A stretch of 64,000 nucleotides of DNA from Octopus vulgaris. Lineage: Eukaryota. The position numbers and the translations under genes were made by a program. The notes beneath the pieces were generated by a model. The model was not told the DNA's origin. It was given only the letters and a program-made list of their open reading frames with translations, and ran no database searches. The stretch spans positions 86,924,001-86,988,000 of the forward strand of contig OX597819.1 in assembly GCA_951406725.2 (NCBI GenBank), written 5' to 3'. This document shows positions 39,746 through 53,333 of this stretch, piece after piece. The stretch's first letter is position 1, and every line of letters starts with the position of its first letter.

Positions 39746-39950
39746 CTAGCTGAGTATGCCGTCGTTACCGGGTTATTTTTTCACGATAGAATACCTTGGC
39801 GGACATAAATTGAATATTCTCCATTTTGACGGGTATTTTTCAATTCTTTTTTTCATCACACTCTTGCAAATGATGGGGAAAAGATTTAACGAAGAAAAAA
39901 CAAAGTTTTGAAACTTTATGAAAATTTCAGAAAATTTTTTTTAAGCTACT
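39746..39950 (-). mobile_element. Possible Helitron 3' terminus remnant
   Basis: Minus strand cccggtaacgacggc hairpin, then about 8 nt, then CTAG|T. Confidence 0.4.
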
Positions 39951-40357
39951 GTATATATATGTGTGTGTCTGTGAGTATGTATGTATGTATATACGCATGT
40001 ATGTATGTATATATATATGTGTGTGTGTGTATGTATGTATGTATGTATGTATGTATGTATGTATGTATGTATATATTTATGTATATATCTATGTATATAT
40101 GTATGTATGTATATATATATATATGACTAGGGTGTCAGAAACACTAGAAATAAGAGCTAAAATGCTCTAATACTGTAGAGAAAGCACATAATTGTATACA
40201 TATACACCGACGGGGACTATGATCGGTATGTTACGGGGACATAAACATTCCAGCATCTGCTAAACATTCCATAAACATTCCAGCATCAAGCGATGGTGAG
40301 GGGACAAACACAGACATATACACAAAATATACATACACAATATATATATATATATAT

Positions 40358-40522
40358 AGGCGTAGGAGTGGTTTTGTTGTAAGTAGCTTGCTTACGAACT
40401 ACATGGTTCCGGGTTCAGTCCCACTGTGTGGCACCTTAGGCAAGTGTCTTCTACTATAGCCTAGGGCCGACCAAAGCCTTGTGAGTGGATTTAGTAGACG
40501 GAAACTGAAAGAAGCCTGTCGT
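40358..40522 (+). mobile_element. SINE family B head
   Basis: aggcgtaggagtgg...ccgggttcagtcccactg...gaaagaagcctgtcg. Confidence 0.88.
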
Positions 40523-40535
40523 ATATATATGTATG

Positions 40536-40571
<36 letters not shown>

Positions 40572-40720
40572 TATATATATACATATATATATATACATAT
40601 AATTAAAAATGAGGGTGTCTGAGAGACACCAACATGCCGAAATAGCAGTCGAAATTCTGACTATAAAAACCACGTTAAGTAATATTGATACTTAAATATC
40701 GATATTATCCTCATATATAA

Positions 40721-40754
<34 letters not shown>

Positions 40755-41819
40755 TTGTGTATGTATGTGTGTATGTATATGTATATATTTGTGTGCCTGT
40801 TTGGCCCTCAACGTCACATGACAACCGATGCTAATGTATTTACGTCCCCGTAACAGTGATACACAAGAATTCAACAGTGAATGCATTATATCATATCGCA
40901 GAAACAGTTGTAAGCTAATAAAGTTCATGCCATTATTTCTTATTTCCTTGTCATTTTCATTTCTAATCCGTATGTGTGTGTGTAATGTATGTATGTACGT
41001 ATGCATGCGTGTATTTATATAAGTATGTGTGCGCGTGTTTGTATGTATGTTTGCCTTTACACACTTATCTCTGTTTGTATGTATTTATGTGAATCTGTAT
41101 ATTCCTGTATGTACGTGTTTGTGTGCATTGGTAGATGCTCTAAAGGAATGCAGCCAAGAACATGTGACTTTAAAAAAATGGAAAGTAACTTTATAGTTCA
41201 CGGCATCTAAAGAAAATGCAGGAGTGAATAGACTTTAATTTTTCTGCCCTTAACTATAAACTCAAAGTAACAATGAAACAAACAAAAGAGTTTTGACCGT
41301 GAGGTGAATTTAAAGCTATATTTAACTGAAGGTCTCCGCAGAATCTATTAACTTCAAGGAAGTAGTAATGTTATTGCCCTAAAATTCAAATGACATCTGT
41401 CAGAATGTTATGTTGTTAAATGTAGTTATCTAAACAAAAACAAAAACTTAAACAACTAGAGGATGTAAAAAAAAAAAGAGTAAGATAAATATATTAACAA
41501 GTAAATATACGAACTAAGTTTATTTAAATGTAAAATGAAAACTGGTATACGAATGTGAACGTAAACTAAAATTAGTATTCATATAAATGTTTAAGACATC
41601 AAACTTGAGTGAAGAGAATTTCGCATAAGTTATGTGCTTCTGACTTACAAGGTCTATTACTAATTCGACTTTAATGTGATCTGGTTGAATTCAGCTTGAC
41701 GATTATAATGACAAAATTAGTCTGATACACAAACATAACTACACAATAGGAATATTCCGGGTTCAATTTCACAACAAAGCTTTGGTGCCTTTTTGTGTTG
41801 TATCAAGTTAACCAATGTA

Positions 41820-42145
41820 ACTGGTGCTTCGCCACTTGCGACGACGTGGGTTCCAGTTCATACGATCAACGGAACAGCCCGGTCTTCAAACTAGCGTGCA
41901 AGTGGCTGCCTGCTCCACAGACACGCGTACCTCTTAACGTAGTTCTCAGGTTGATTCAGCGTGATACAGAATGTGACCAGGTTGGCCCTCTGAAATACAT
42001 GTACAATTCATTTTTGCCAGATAAGAGAACTGGAGCAACGTGAAATAAAATATCTTGCTCAAGGACATAACGAGCCACCGGGAATCGGATTCATGACCTT
42101 ACAATCGTGAGCCGAATGCCCTAACCACTAAGCAACGCGCCTTCA
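41820..42145 (-). mobile_element. SINE family C, near full length
   Basis: Minus head gaaggcgcgttgcttagtggttagggcattcggctcacg...cgattcccgg...tccttgagcaaga. Confidence 0.75.
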
Positions 42146-42226
42146 GCAATGCATTCTGAATGGAATTTGGCACATAGAACTGTGTGGAAACTGAAACTTG
42201 GTTGCATATATATATATATATATATA

Positions 42227-42417
42227 TACGGGGTGATGAAAATTTCCTGGTTTTAATGGTATCTCAAAAGACCAGGTTCGAGGCTTTTTGCAGGCCTGAG
42301 AAAAAAAGGACTGCTAGTATAAGTGTGTGAGTCTGAGAGGGGAATATGTAAAATAAAATCATAATTAACTGATCCTCCTGTATTTTCTGTTATCCGAAAC
42401 CAAGAACTCTTCAGCAC
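42227..42417 (+). mobile_element. Mariner-derived MITE, third copy
   Basis: tacggggtgatgaaaatttcctgg ... ctgagaggggaatatgt ... ccaagaactcttcagcac. Confidence 0.75.
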
Positions 42418-42427
42418 AAGAACTCAC

Positions 42428-42521
<94 letters not shown>

Positions 42522-42535
42522 CATACATATATATA

Positions 42536-42614
<79 letters not shown>

Positions 42615-42635
42615 TATAGATATATAGATATATGC

Positions 42636-43320
42636 AGTAGGTCTCAAGATGAACCGCATGAAAACAACGTACCAACAGGTCGAATGGTGATCGGCAGTAA
42701 TGAAATAGAGGAGGTAAGGGAATATGTCTACCTGGGACAGGAAGTAAATATGTGCCGAGATATCGAAAAGGAGATCTCACGGAGAGTAAGGGCCGGATGG
42801 AAGGCGTTTAATGGCATAAGGGATGTGCTCAAGAGAAGGTTGGACAGGACCACCCGCGCCAACCTCATTAAGAGTGCAGTTCTGCCTGCAATGTTATATG
42901 GTAGTGAAACATTGGCTGCCACAAAGAGAGAAGAGCAAAGACTGGTAACGACTCAAAGAGCCATGGAAAAGTCAATGCTTGGTATCTCGTTGAGAGAGCA
43001 CATAAGTAGAGAGATCATCAGAAAGAAGTCCGGCGTGAGAGATGTCATCGCAGAGTATACACGCAGCAAGTATAGATGGGCTGGACACGTCGCCCGGCTC
43101 ACCGATAATCGGTGGACGCACGGAGCTTTCGAGTGGTACCCGCGCGAGCGGAAAAGACCACTCGGAAGACCTCCACGACGGTGGAGTGGCGATTTCAGGA
43201 GGCCGATTGGGATCACGTGGATGAGAAAGGCGCGATCCAGAGAGGAGTGGACAGCGTGCTGTGACCAGCGGTGTCAAATAGACGCCTGACGGACTGGTCG
43301 GTCAAGGTGATCAAGGTGAT
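42636..43320 (+). mobile_element. 5'-truncated RTE-clade LINE with an uninterrupted ORF C-terminus (42684-43289)
   Basis: [56 protein letters not shown]. Ends in a tcaaggtga tandem tail and is embedded in (TA)n. Confidence 0.93.
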
Positions 43321-43361
43321 ATATATATGCATATATACATACATATATGTACGTACTTACA

Positions 43362-43403
<42 letters not shown>

Positions 43404-43450
43404 AATAATGAGGGATATAAATTAATATTAATTTTAATATCAATTTAAAA

Positions 43451-43495
<45 letters not shown>

Positions 43496-43712
43496 GTACA
43501 GGACGTTACAAAACGTAAACAACATGAAATACGAAGGCAAACCTGAGTATGCGAACAACGAAATAAATAAATGGAAAACAAGACAAGTAACATAAAGAAC
43601 ATCCCTTCATCAGCTGTCGGCTGTTTATTTACTCCACATTAAGAACAATTCACGACCATGTTTTCGTATTTCGTGATCCATGTTGTTTTCGTATTTCATG
43701 TTTACGATGATG

Positions 43713-43756
<44 letters not shown>

Positions 43757-44727
43757 CATCATTATCCATTTTATGCCCCTTTTTTCATGTTTGCATTGGT
43801 GGGACAGAATTCGATGCGGAAGATTTTCTATGGCCTTCTTATTGCCAAACATTCTCACATAAAACTATCACATAACGTTAATGCAAGGAGACACAAACAT
43901 ACATACGCTCACGCATACAAACATACACACACACGAATACCCAAACGTACACATATATATATAACATACATACATTCTTGCATGCATGCATACGTACACA
44001 CACAGACACATATATAATTGTTTTTCTGTATTTTTATTGAGCCTTTACAAAAGATTTGAATAGCTCTCATACAACTTCAGCACCCACCAATTACTCTCTC
44101 TTTCTTATCAGTAGAAAAGCAATTATCAAATTATCGTTGTCTGACATTCACTTTCTGTACAACAAGTCAGTTCATTTTTACCACATAGAGTCACTCCAAC
44201 TGTATTGCAAATCTTCACAAGTTCTAGTGAATCATACTTGTGTCAGCATTGTCTCCATTACAAAAGAAAACCTTTTTTTTTATATATGATCTTCTTCAAC
44301 GTTAAGTTTACAGACATTAAATTTTCATCCAAACACTAGATGTCACTTTGAGATCTGCATTTACTGTGCGACAAATTTTTGTTTTAGAAGAGAGATGATA
44401 GTCAATAAATTGCTTTAATAATCATGTTGTTTCCTTCCCCGAATACCTAAAGCCATAAATGGGACTATTTTGTGTCTAGATAAGATGAAAAGTGTCAGAA
44501 TTTCCATATCAGTTTTGATGGCTGAATTATTCCCGCCTAAATTGTTCTCAAATTTTACCGAATGTTTTACGAGAAGACTTCACAGAAAATCTCGAACGCC
44601 ATTGATTTGAAACGTCATATTCTCCCAACCAAGTGAAATTTTGAACCTTTTAATTTCTAAGCAATTCTGTTATCTTAAACCGACAACCAAGCTTATTGTG
44701 TATTTATTTACTCATTACTCATACTCA

Positions 44728-45123
44728 TTTACTTGTTTCAGTCATTTGACTGTGGCCATGCTGGAGCACCGCCTTTAGTCGAGCAAATCGACCCCAGGAC
44801 TTATTCTTTGTAAGCCTAGTACTTACTCTATCAGTCTTTTTGCCGAACTGTTAAGTTATGGGGACGTAAACACACCAGCATCAGTTGTCGAGCGATGTTG
44901 GGGGGACAAACACAGATACACAAACATATCCATATATATATATATACATACATATATACAACGGGCTTCTTTTAGCTTCCGTCTACCAAATCCACTCACA
45001 AGACTTTGGTCGGCCCGAGGCTATAGTAGAAGACACTTGCCCAAGGTGCCACGCAGTGGGACTGAACCCGAAACCATGTAGTTCGTAAGCAAGCTACTTA
45101 CCACACAGCCACTCTTACGCCTA
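44728..45123 (-). mobile_element. SINE family B, full length
   Basis: Near-identical to 38657-39095. Confidence 0.92.
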
Positions 45124-45393
45124 TTTGGGGATTATTTTATCTATTTATTTTTTTATTTTACATTACTACATCAGCAAGTGCGGTGAAAGATATGTCTCAC
45201 TAATATGATCAAAATAAGGTCAAAATAATCTGGAGCGGTATCCCGTCATTGACTAATTCACTATTTATTTATTCACTAAATATATCTCTCAAATTAGTAT
45301 TTTAATGTTTCACGCATTCAGTGTATTGGAACGATTTTATCTGAATCATGCATATCAGTTTGTTAAAAAGAGAACTTGAAAATACATTGAGTT

Positions 45394-45446
<53 letters not shown>

Positions 45447-46619
45447 AAAGATTATTTTAAATGGGAGGCGAAACCGGGTCGTGAACATGATTTGTAAATG
45501 CATACTGTTTACTTTGTGCTTTTCGCTATAAGAACAAAAATAATTATATGCACTTTACTTCTTTTCGTCTTTTTGTTTTTAGAGCACTTCCTTACGTACG
45601 ATGGTTCAGATAATATCATCCTACAAACAATTTACAAGATGTACTTTCTATTTTTACAAAGAAATAATTCGTAATATTATTTTCGTTTCTTATATAACGA
45701 GAAAATATTTACAAGTATAAATGTTTACAGCAGCGAACAACAACTGTTAGGAACAGCAGTTGTTAGGGAATAAATAGCTGCTTCGATTTGTTATAATGTC
45801 TTTTATAAAGAAATAATCATTATGAGTTTGAGGTAAAAGATATAATAATGATAAACTGCTAAAATAAAAGAGATAGCTTAAATAATTGTTTCTAATTTCA
45901 GTTGAAGATCAGTAATTTTTATGGGAGTGGATTAATCAATATCGTCTATTTGACTGGTACTTTATTTAATTGATCCTGGAAGCATAAAAGGAAAAGTAGA
46001 CTCCGATGGAATTTCTTCTCAAGGAAGTAAAAAATGACGGCTGTTTTATAGTAATATTTTTGATGACCAATTATAACATGCTATAAACGAATTAAATTAA
46101 ATAACCTTTATAGGGGTCAAAATATGTTACAAACATATTTGAACTGATTTAAAAGTTTGTTTAGTTCGTAACACTGCTTTAGCGTACATGATATATAACT
46201 TATTCTAGCCTGGTGGCTAATCGTACGAATCGGTAAATGTTTTTTTCTGTAAGCGAAGGTATAGAATCCAAAGCCACTTCAGTGTTACCACTTTAGCATA
46301 CTACACGGTGCAGACGATAGCCTCAGAGCTAGAAATACACTTATCAGATAACAAGAAGGTGACCTGCGATGAGTGATGGTGCTTTGACACTTATTGCCTA
46401 CAGCGAGAATTATTTCCATGGTATAAACCACAGTAAAAAAAATGACCGTCTTACTAATGAAATATTTCACAAACATATCTGAACCGATTTTAAGATTTGT
46501 TTAAATTAGATAATTTATGAGTATATGTGATGGAAAAAAGAAAAACAAAAAGAAAAAGACAAGGTCGAATTCGTTTCGGTACACATTTTCAATTTTTGAT
46601 TATTTATATGTAATCTTTT

Positions 46620-46901
46620 ATTTGTTTCGTTTAGTATAGAACAACCGTGTTGAAGTACCGCCTCAAAGGTTTTAGTCGAACAAATCCAACCCCAGAACTA
46701 TTTTTAAGCCTGGTACTTATTTTATCGGCCTTTCTTTCCTGCTAAGTTACCAGGTCGTACAAAAAAAAACAGCGATACTCAAGGAGAAGCGTGGGGACAA
46801 ACAGACACACAAATACACAAACACACTCACACACGTACGTACATAATACATACATACATACATACATACACGCACGCACGCACGCACACAGACACAGACA
46901 C

Positions 46902-46948
<47 letters not shown>

Positions 46949-47110
46949 TATATATATATACAACGAGCTTCCACAGTTTAGGTCAACCAAATTCACTCAC
47001 AAGGCATTAGTTGGCCCGAGACTATAGTAGAAGGCACTTGTCCAAGGTACCGCACAATGTGGCCAAACCGAAAGCACTTGACAGCAAAGGGAAATTTTGA
47101 ACCACGCCAT
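46620..47110 (-). mobile_element. SINE family B, diverged, with an expanded internal microsatellite
   Basis: tttagtcgaacaaatc...ggggacaaacagac-(CA)n-...actatagtagaaggcacttgtccaagg. Confidence 0.75.
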
Positions 47111-47562
47111 CAAACCAGTGCTTATATTGTGCTTAAAAATAACTTGAATATGATGTTCATAATCGAAAACCATTGTAACTTACTTTATCTGATATTTATA
47201 TTATTATAGAACTATGATTTCAACTTGGTCGTCCTGGATTTTAATAGTTTAATCTGCGTGTTTTTTCTGGGGGTTTTTTACCAACGAGGTCACAATTATG
47301 ATCTGTATGAACCTAATGGGGCACTGTCTTGAAGAATTTTAGCTGAAAGAATCGACCCCAGTGCTTATTATTTTCTTTTTTTTTTTGTTTTGTAAAGCCT
47401 GTTACTTATTCTATCGAACACTTTTGCCGAACAGCCAAGTTACGGGGACGTAAACACACCAACAACAGTTTTGTTAAGCGATGGTAGTGGGGGACAACCA
47501 AACACACAAAGATACACAAACGCACATACATACACAAACACACACAAACAGATACATACACG

Positions 47563-47612
<50 letters not shown>

Positions 47613-48082
47613 TATACGCACACAGATCACATACATACAGAAAGAGAGAGAGAGAGAGAGAGAGAGAAATACAAACGTATTTCTATATATTCCACCTTTG
47701 TCCAACCAGTCGCCATGATTGACCGCTAACTCCAAAAGTTATTTTTTATTCTCTCTCTGTTAATTTCCTTGTGTTTCTTTCTATTGAAGAGCGTAGGCTC
47801 GAAATGTAAAAGACTTTCTCACCTTCCCGAGCGTCAAACTAATACACCTGCTTGTTGTTTATACAGCTGTCTTCGTCTCGTTTTTCTGGATGTTTTGCGT
47901 TCTTCTCCCATTTTTGTTATTTTTTTATATATAAAAATATAGCGGCGTCCGTACACTTTGGTCTCTTATATGTAAGTATATATATATATATATATATATA
48001 CATGCAAACATATATATATATATATACATACATATATATATGTATATATACATACATACACATATACATACACATACATATA

Positions 48083-48138
<56 letters not shown>

Positions 48139-48162
48139 CTATTTCTTTTCTTTTATTCTTTT

Positions 48163-48523
48163 ATTTGTTTCAGTCATTTAACTGGGGTCACGCTGAAGTA
48201 CCGCCTTTTAGTATAAGAAATCGACTCCTGAGCTTATTCTTTGTAAGCCTGGTACTCATTTTATCGGTCTCCTGCCGAACCTCTAAGTTAAGGGGACGTA
48301 AACACAACAACTTCGGCTGTCAAGCAATGGTGGTGTAGGGGTGACAAACACAGACCCAAAGACACGGACTTCTTTCAGTTTCCGGTTACCAAATCCGCTC
48401 AGAAGACTTTAGTCGGTCCGCGGCTATAGTAGACGACACTTGCCCAAGATGCTACGCAGCGGGACTGAACCCTGAACCATCTGATTAGGAAACAAGCTTC
48501 TTACCACATAGCCACGCCTGCGC
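48163..48523 (-). mobile_element. SINE family B lacking the internal microsatellite
   Basis: tgtttcagtcatt...gacaaacacagac...ttctttcagtttcc...cttaccacatagccacgcctgcgc. Confidence 0.85.
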
Positions 48524-48573
48524 ATATATATATGTGATGTGTATGAGAGTGCGTCTTTGTAACTACAGATGTG

Positions 48574-48634
<61 letters not shown>

Positions 48635-49154
48635 GTGTGTGTGCGTGTGTATGTATATATATTTATACATATATATATATGTGTGTGTGTGTTTGTGTGT
48701 GTATATATTAATACATACATACATACATATATACATACATACACATATATATATACGTTCTCTTCGGTTTTTAATTACTTAAATTCTTCCTCTGAGGAGG
48801 TATGCATATATACAGCATATGTGCATGTATATGTGTGCATGCGGATGCCGCGCACACAATATACACCTTTCATTTTCCAAGATAAATACAACATATTACC
48901 CACGCCCATTATATCAATCAAGCGACCCTAAATAAATGTACTTGGAGACCACGCTCGCACTCAAACAAACACTGACACGTAGTCGCGCGCACAAAAGTCT
49001 ATCTCTTCATTTTCAAGCAGCTATGCTGCCTTCCAGCAACTACGCCATGCGTGGTTAAAAAAGCAGAACAGTTCCGTCTTATGTTCATATGCTTATGTAT
49101 TTAATAGCTCCTTGACTGGCTAACGTATGCGCGTTTGCGACGGGTGTTTATTGT

Positions 49155-49228
<74 letters not shown>

Positions 49229-49483
49229 GAATGAGTGGATGTGTATGTTTTCTTCTGGGCGTGTTTGTGTCTGGTTAGTGCTTGAGTCATTACGCAGTGC
49301 CTTTTCTGCACGAAGTTTTCGGATATACGTACTCATAAAGTAATATTTTTCTTTCTTTGAGAGTCAAGTAAACTGAAACCGTTGGGTTTCAGTTTACTTT
49401 CGACTAGAAGTCAAGTTTTAATTAATTGTGTTCCAAAAGACCAAAGCATATCCGTAGCGTTCCCTGGGCTTCAAACAAGAAGT

Positions 49484-49569
49484 CAGATAATTCCTTTAAG
49501 TATATGAAGTATTTCAAAATAGCGACAGATAATTCCTTTAAGTATATGAAGTATTTCAAAATAGCGACA
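49484..49569. repeat. Perfect 42-bp tandem duplication
   Basis: cagataattcctttaagtatatgaagtatttcaaaatagcga occurs twice. Confidence 0.95.
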
Positions 49570-50016
49570 ACGAATGCAGAGTACATTGCTTAAAAGTTGT
49601 TGTTTTTTTTTCTTAAAATTAATTATCTCCCTATTCCTTTCACAATCACTAACAGTTACCGGAAGGATTTAACTGGGCTTCTTTTTTCGTTTGTTTGTTT
49701 ATTAATTCAGAACAAATTTTCACTAGTATAAAAATTTGTTTGTGTCTTTTTTTCGTATAACATTCAGTAACGCATCTCCTAAGTCATTTAGGACTTTGGA
49801 TTAACAGAATATCTTAACTTCGTAACTTAATTCAGAATACTTACAAGCCACAATTCAGTGGGCTGTGTGCTTAGATGTTTGCTTCCCAACCACATGGTTC
49901 CGGCTTTAGTGCCTCTCAGTGGCATCTTGGGTAAGTGTCTCTACTATACCTTCGGGTCAACCAAAGCTTTGTGAGTGGATTTGGTCGACGGATATTGAAT
50001 GATACTCGTCGTATCG

Positions 50017-50050
<34 letters not shown>

Positions 50051-50199
50051 TGTATGTATGTATGTATGTATGTATGTATGTATGCATGCATGCATGCTTG
50101 TATGTGTGTATGTATGCATGTATGTTTGTATGTTTGTATGTTTGCATGCAAATATGTATGTATGTATGTATGTATGTGTATACATATATATCTATATAT

Positions 50200-50435
50200 G
50201 AAGATCAAGAGAAGGCTTAGAAAGAATAAACCTGTGGAAAATGAGTGTTGCTTTTTATGTGTATAATTTGTAGGAAGAAATGCTTGAGTCACGTAGGCCT
50301 GGTCAGCTATCAGAGAACTCACAGAAATCAATCCCTTCTAAACTGTGAACCGCTATTGTTCAGAACAGAACATGTACAACCTTTGGAAAGGTGTGCTTTT
50401 CAGTTGGAGGATTGAAAAGCCATGTCAAAAGAGTT
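50200..50435 (+). mobile_element. Possible RTE LINE 3' end remnant
   Basis: CTTFGKVCFSVGGLKSHVKR resembles the C..CGR.C.S..GL.SH.R terminus of RTE ORFs. Confidence 0.4.
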
Positions 50436-50643
50436 TATAGTGTGACGCCTTTTACACCTGCCAGCCAGCACATGTGTGTATTATGCAATAGAATGTGCAA
50501 ATATTTGACCGAGCTCCAAAGTCATCTATTAAACCGCCAAATGCTTGTTTATTTTTATGTTTTTTTTATTATTTATTATTAGTGTTGCTTATGTTTTGCT
50601 AAAATTGTTTCTTTTCAGATATCATCAGGAAAAATTCATTAAA

Positions 50644-51726
50644 ATGACAGATCTATTGGACTTTCAAAGAGGTTAAATTGTTGGTGCTCGTATGGCAGGC
50701 GTTAGTGTAACGAAAACAGCCGAAATGTTTGGTGTATCAGGAAGGACTGTCTCGAAAGTAATGACAGCCTTTGAGAAAGAGGGAAAAACCTCCTCATCGA
50801 AACAAAACTCTGGAAGAAAACCAAGACTTTCAGATAGGGACCGTCGGACTCTTATGCGAATTATTAGAAAAGATCACAAAAGTAGAGCCCCCAAAATTAC
50901 TGCAGATATTAATGACCACCTCGAGAACCCAGTTTTCACAAAAACTGTTCGCCGGGAGCTGCACAAAGCCGGATTTCACGGGAGGGCTGCAATCAGAAAA
51001 CCACTACTTTCAAAAACAAACATCGCAAAGCGTTTAGAGTGGAGAAAAAACCTACAGAATTGGTCTCTAGAGCAGTGGAAGAATGTTAGTTCCTCGGACG
51101 AGTCTCCTTTACCTATCTATTTCCGAGCACCGGTCGAGTATACGTGTGGAGACAGCCAAAAGAAGCGATTGACCCAGACTGCCTTCTTCCAACTGTTAAA
51201 CATGGAGAAGGATCTATGATTATCTGTGGGGGGTTATATTTTGGAAATCCGCCAGCCCAATGGTCTCCTTTCATGGCAGAATTAATAAAGACTATTTAAG
51301 CATTTTATCTGATCAAATTCATCCTATGGTTGCGGAACTATTTCGGGAGGGAAACGCAATCTTTCAGGATAATAATGCACCAATTCACAAAGCTAAAGTT
51401 GTTACTGAATGGCACGAGGAACATTCTAGTGAAGTTGAACGTCTTATCTGGCCACCACAGTCCCCAGATCTCAATATTATTGAACATTTATGGTGCATTT
51501 TAGAAAAACAAGCAAGGAGTCGATATCCTCTATCATCATCACTACAAGAATTGGAGGTTGTTTTAGCTGAAGAAAAGACAAAGTTCCTTTGGAAACAATT
51601 AAAAAATTTGTACGAGACAATACCTCGTAGAATCCAAGCTGTGATTACTGCCAAAGGTGGTCCTACACCATATTAAAATAAATTTGTTTGAAATTTTAAG
51701 GTGTTTCTATTATTTTGCCCAACCTC

Positions 51727-51728
<2 letters not shown>
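50644..51728 (+). mobile_element. Tc1-like transposon, pseudogenised transposase with DD36E spacing
   Basis: MTDLLDFQRG*IVGARMAG (TAA at 50674), GRKP, TVRRELH, RKPLL, SDES, FQDNNAPIH, WPPQSPDLNIIEHLW, KGGPTPY*; frameshifts near 51110-51290. Right TIR ggtgtttctattattttgcccaacctctg|TA; left TIR not found. Confidence 0.92.
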
Positions 51729-51784
<56 letters not shown>

Positions 51785-51792
51785 CCAACCTC

Positions 51793-51841
<49 letters not shown>

Positions 51842-51842
<1 letters not shown>

Positions 51843-51941
51843 CTTGATGATCTCTGACAACTATATCTGGCCTATTGGCCATAATTTCTCTGTGTGCATT
51901 GGCATATCCCAGAGTATGGTTGCTTTCTCATTTTCTGTGAC

Positions 51942-51944
<3 letters not shown>
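51842..51944 (-). mobile_element. Third R4/Dong-like RLE fragment, joined to (AAT)n
   Basis: Minus strand: (aat)n then [30 protein letters not shown] (RLE PD motif). Confidence 0.75.
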
Positions 51945-51974
<30 letters not shown>

Positions 51975-51975
51975 G

Positions 51976-52033
<58 letters not shown>

Positions 52034-53144
52034 ATAAATACTACTAATAATCTTTTCTACTCTAGGCACAAGAAATATACCAGCAAATCTTTACTCGCTT
52101 CGTCGTGCCTGTTGATCGTTGAAAAACCAGCGGCAAATTCAAAACGATTTCAGTGTATAATTTTACATACATAAATAAATATAGAGATTATTATTAATGG
52201 TCATAATCGAGAGCAATTTCAAAGTTCTCAATTATTATTATTTGTAACTGAGAGTAATTTCAAAGTTCGAAATCATATGATACAGAAATATCTGTAATCT
52301 CATTTGCGACTATCAGCCGCATTGGTAAGTTAATTTCTCGATTCTTCCCGGCCTGTTGTGTTTCCAGTGAAACAGTGGCTTATTAGAGTATTTTTCGACT
52401 CTTATTAACAGTAACGTTGGTGCCTCGTGTGTCCTCAATTATAATAATTAATTAATTATGGAAATTTATTATATGTATATATATATATATGCGTGTGTGT
52501 GTGTGTGTATGCATGCATGTATGTATGTCGTCAGCACACCAGCTGTCCAACGTTATCCCCTGCAGAGATGTTCTAGGGAATTTGAATAAATGAAACTAAA
52601 TGTAAACTTTCATTTAATCAAGATATCCTTGGTCTGAAGAGTAGCCAGCGGTATACACCTCACTTGGATATTTACCACTTCCGAGGTTCCGCTTGCTATG
52701 AAACATATATAGTCCGGATCTTATCCACTCCATTCCTTAACTTTTATGTGTGTGTGTGTATGTGCGTGTGTGTGTGTGCGCGCGCGCGCGTGTGTGTGTG
52801 TATGTATAATCGCTTGTTAGAAATTAGGACCAACTTCATAGGAGTAAAAATTCAAGGTTAAAAAGGACTCCAAAATTGATATACCAGTTGGGAAATGACA
52901 GTGTGACAATCCGGAGACAAAAGAACAAGTGCAGACGTGTGTTCCTTACTCAGTATGCATCATCAGCACACCATCTCTCCAATGTTATCTCCTGCATAAA
53001 TGAAACTAAAATATGCTATGAAAAATAACTCAGAGTCGCTGATGGCATAAAAGTGAGCATCCCATATTTGTCTTTGCTGATCACATACTAGCCTTTAATT
53101 ACTTTTATTCACATATATGAATACATACATACCTACATACACAC

Positions 53145-53192
<48 letters not shown>

Positions 53193-53240
53193 AGAGAGAG
53201 GGAGAGAGAGAGAGAGAGAGATAGATATATATATATATAC

Positions 53241-53333
<93 letters not shown>

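Noticed and set aside
40358-40430. tRNA genes at SINE heads (also 11061 and 19248)
   Set aside because: A/B boxes continue into multi-copy SINE bodies and I could not draw a complete cloverleaf.
49366-49407. Helitron 3' end (hairpin plus CTAG)
   Set aside because: CTAG is followed by A rather than T, sits too close to the stem, and the stem is AT-rich; kept only as an unexplained hairpin.
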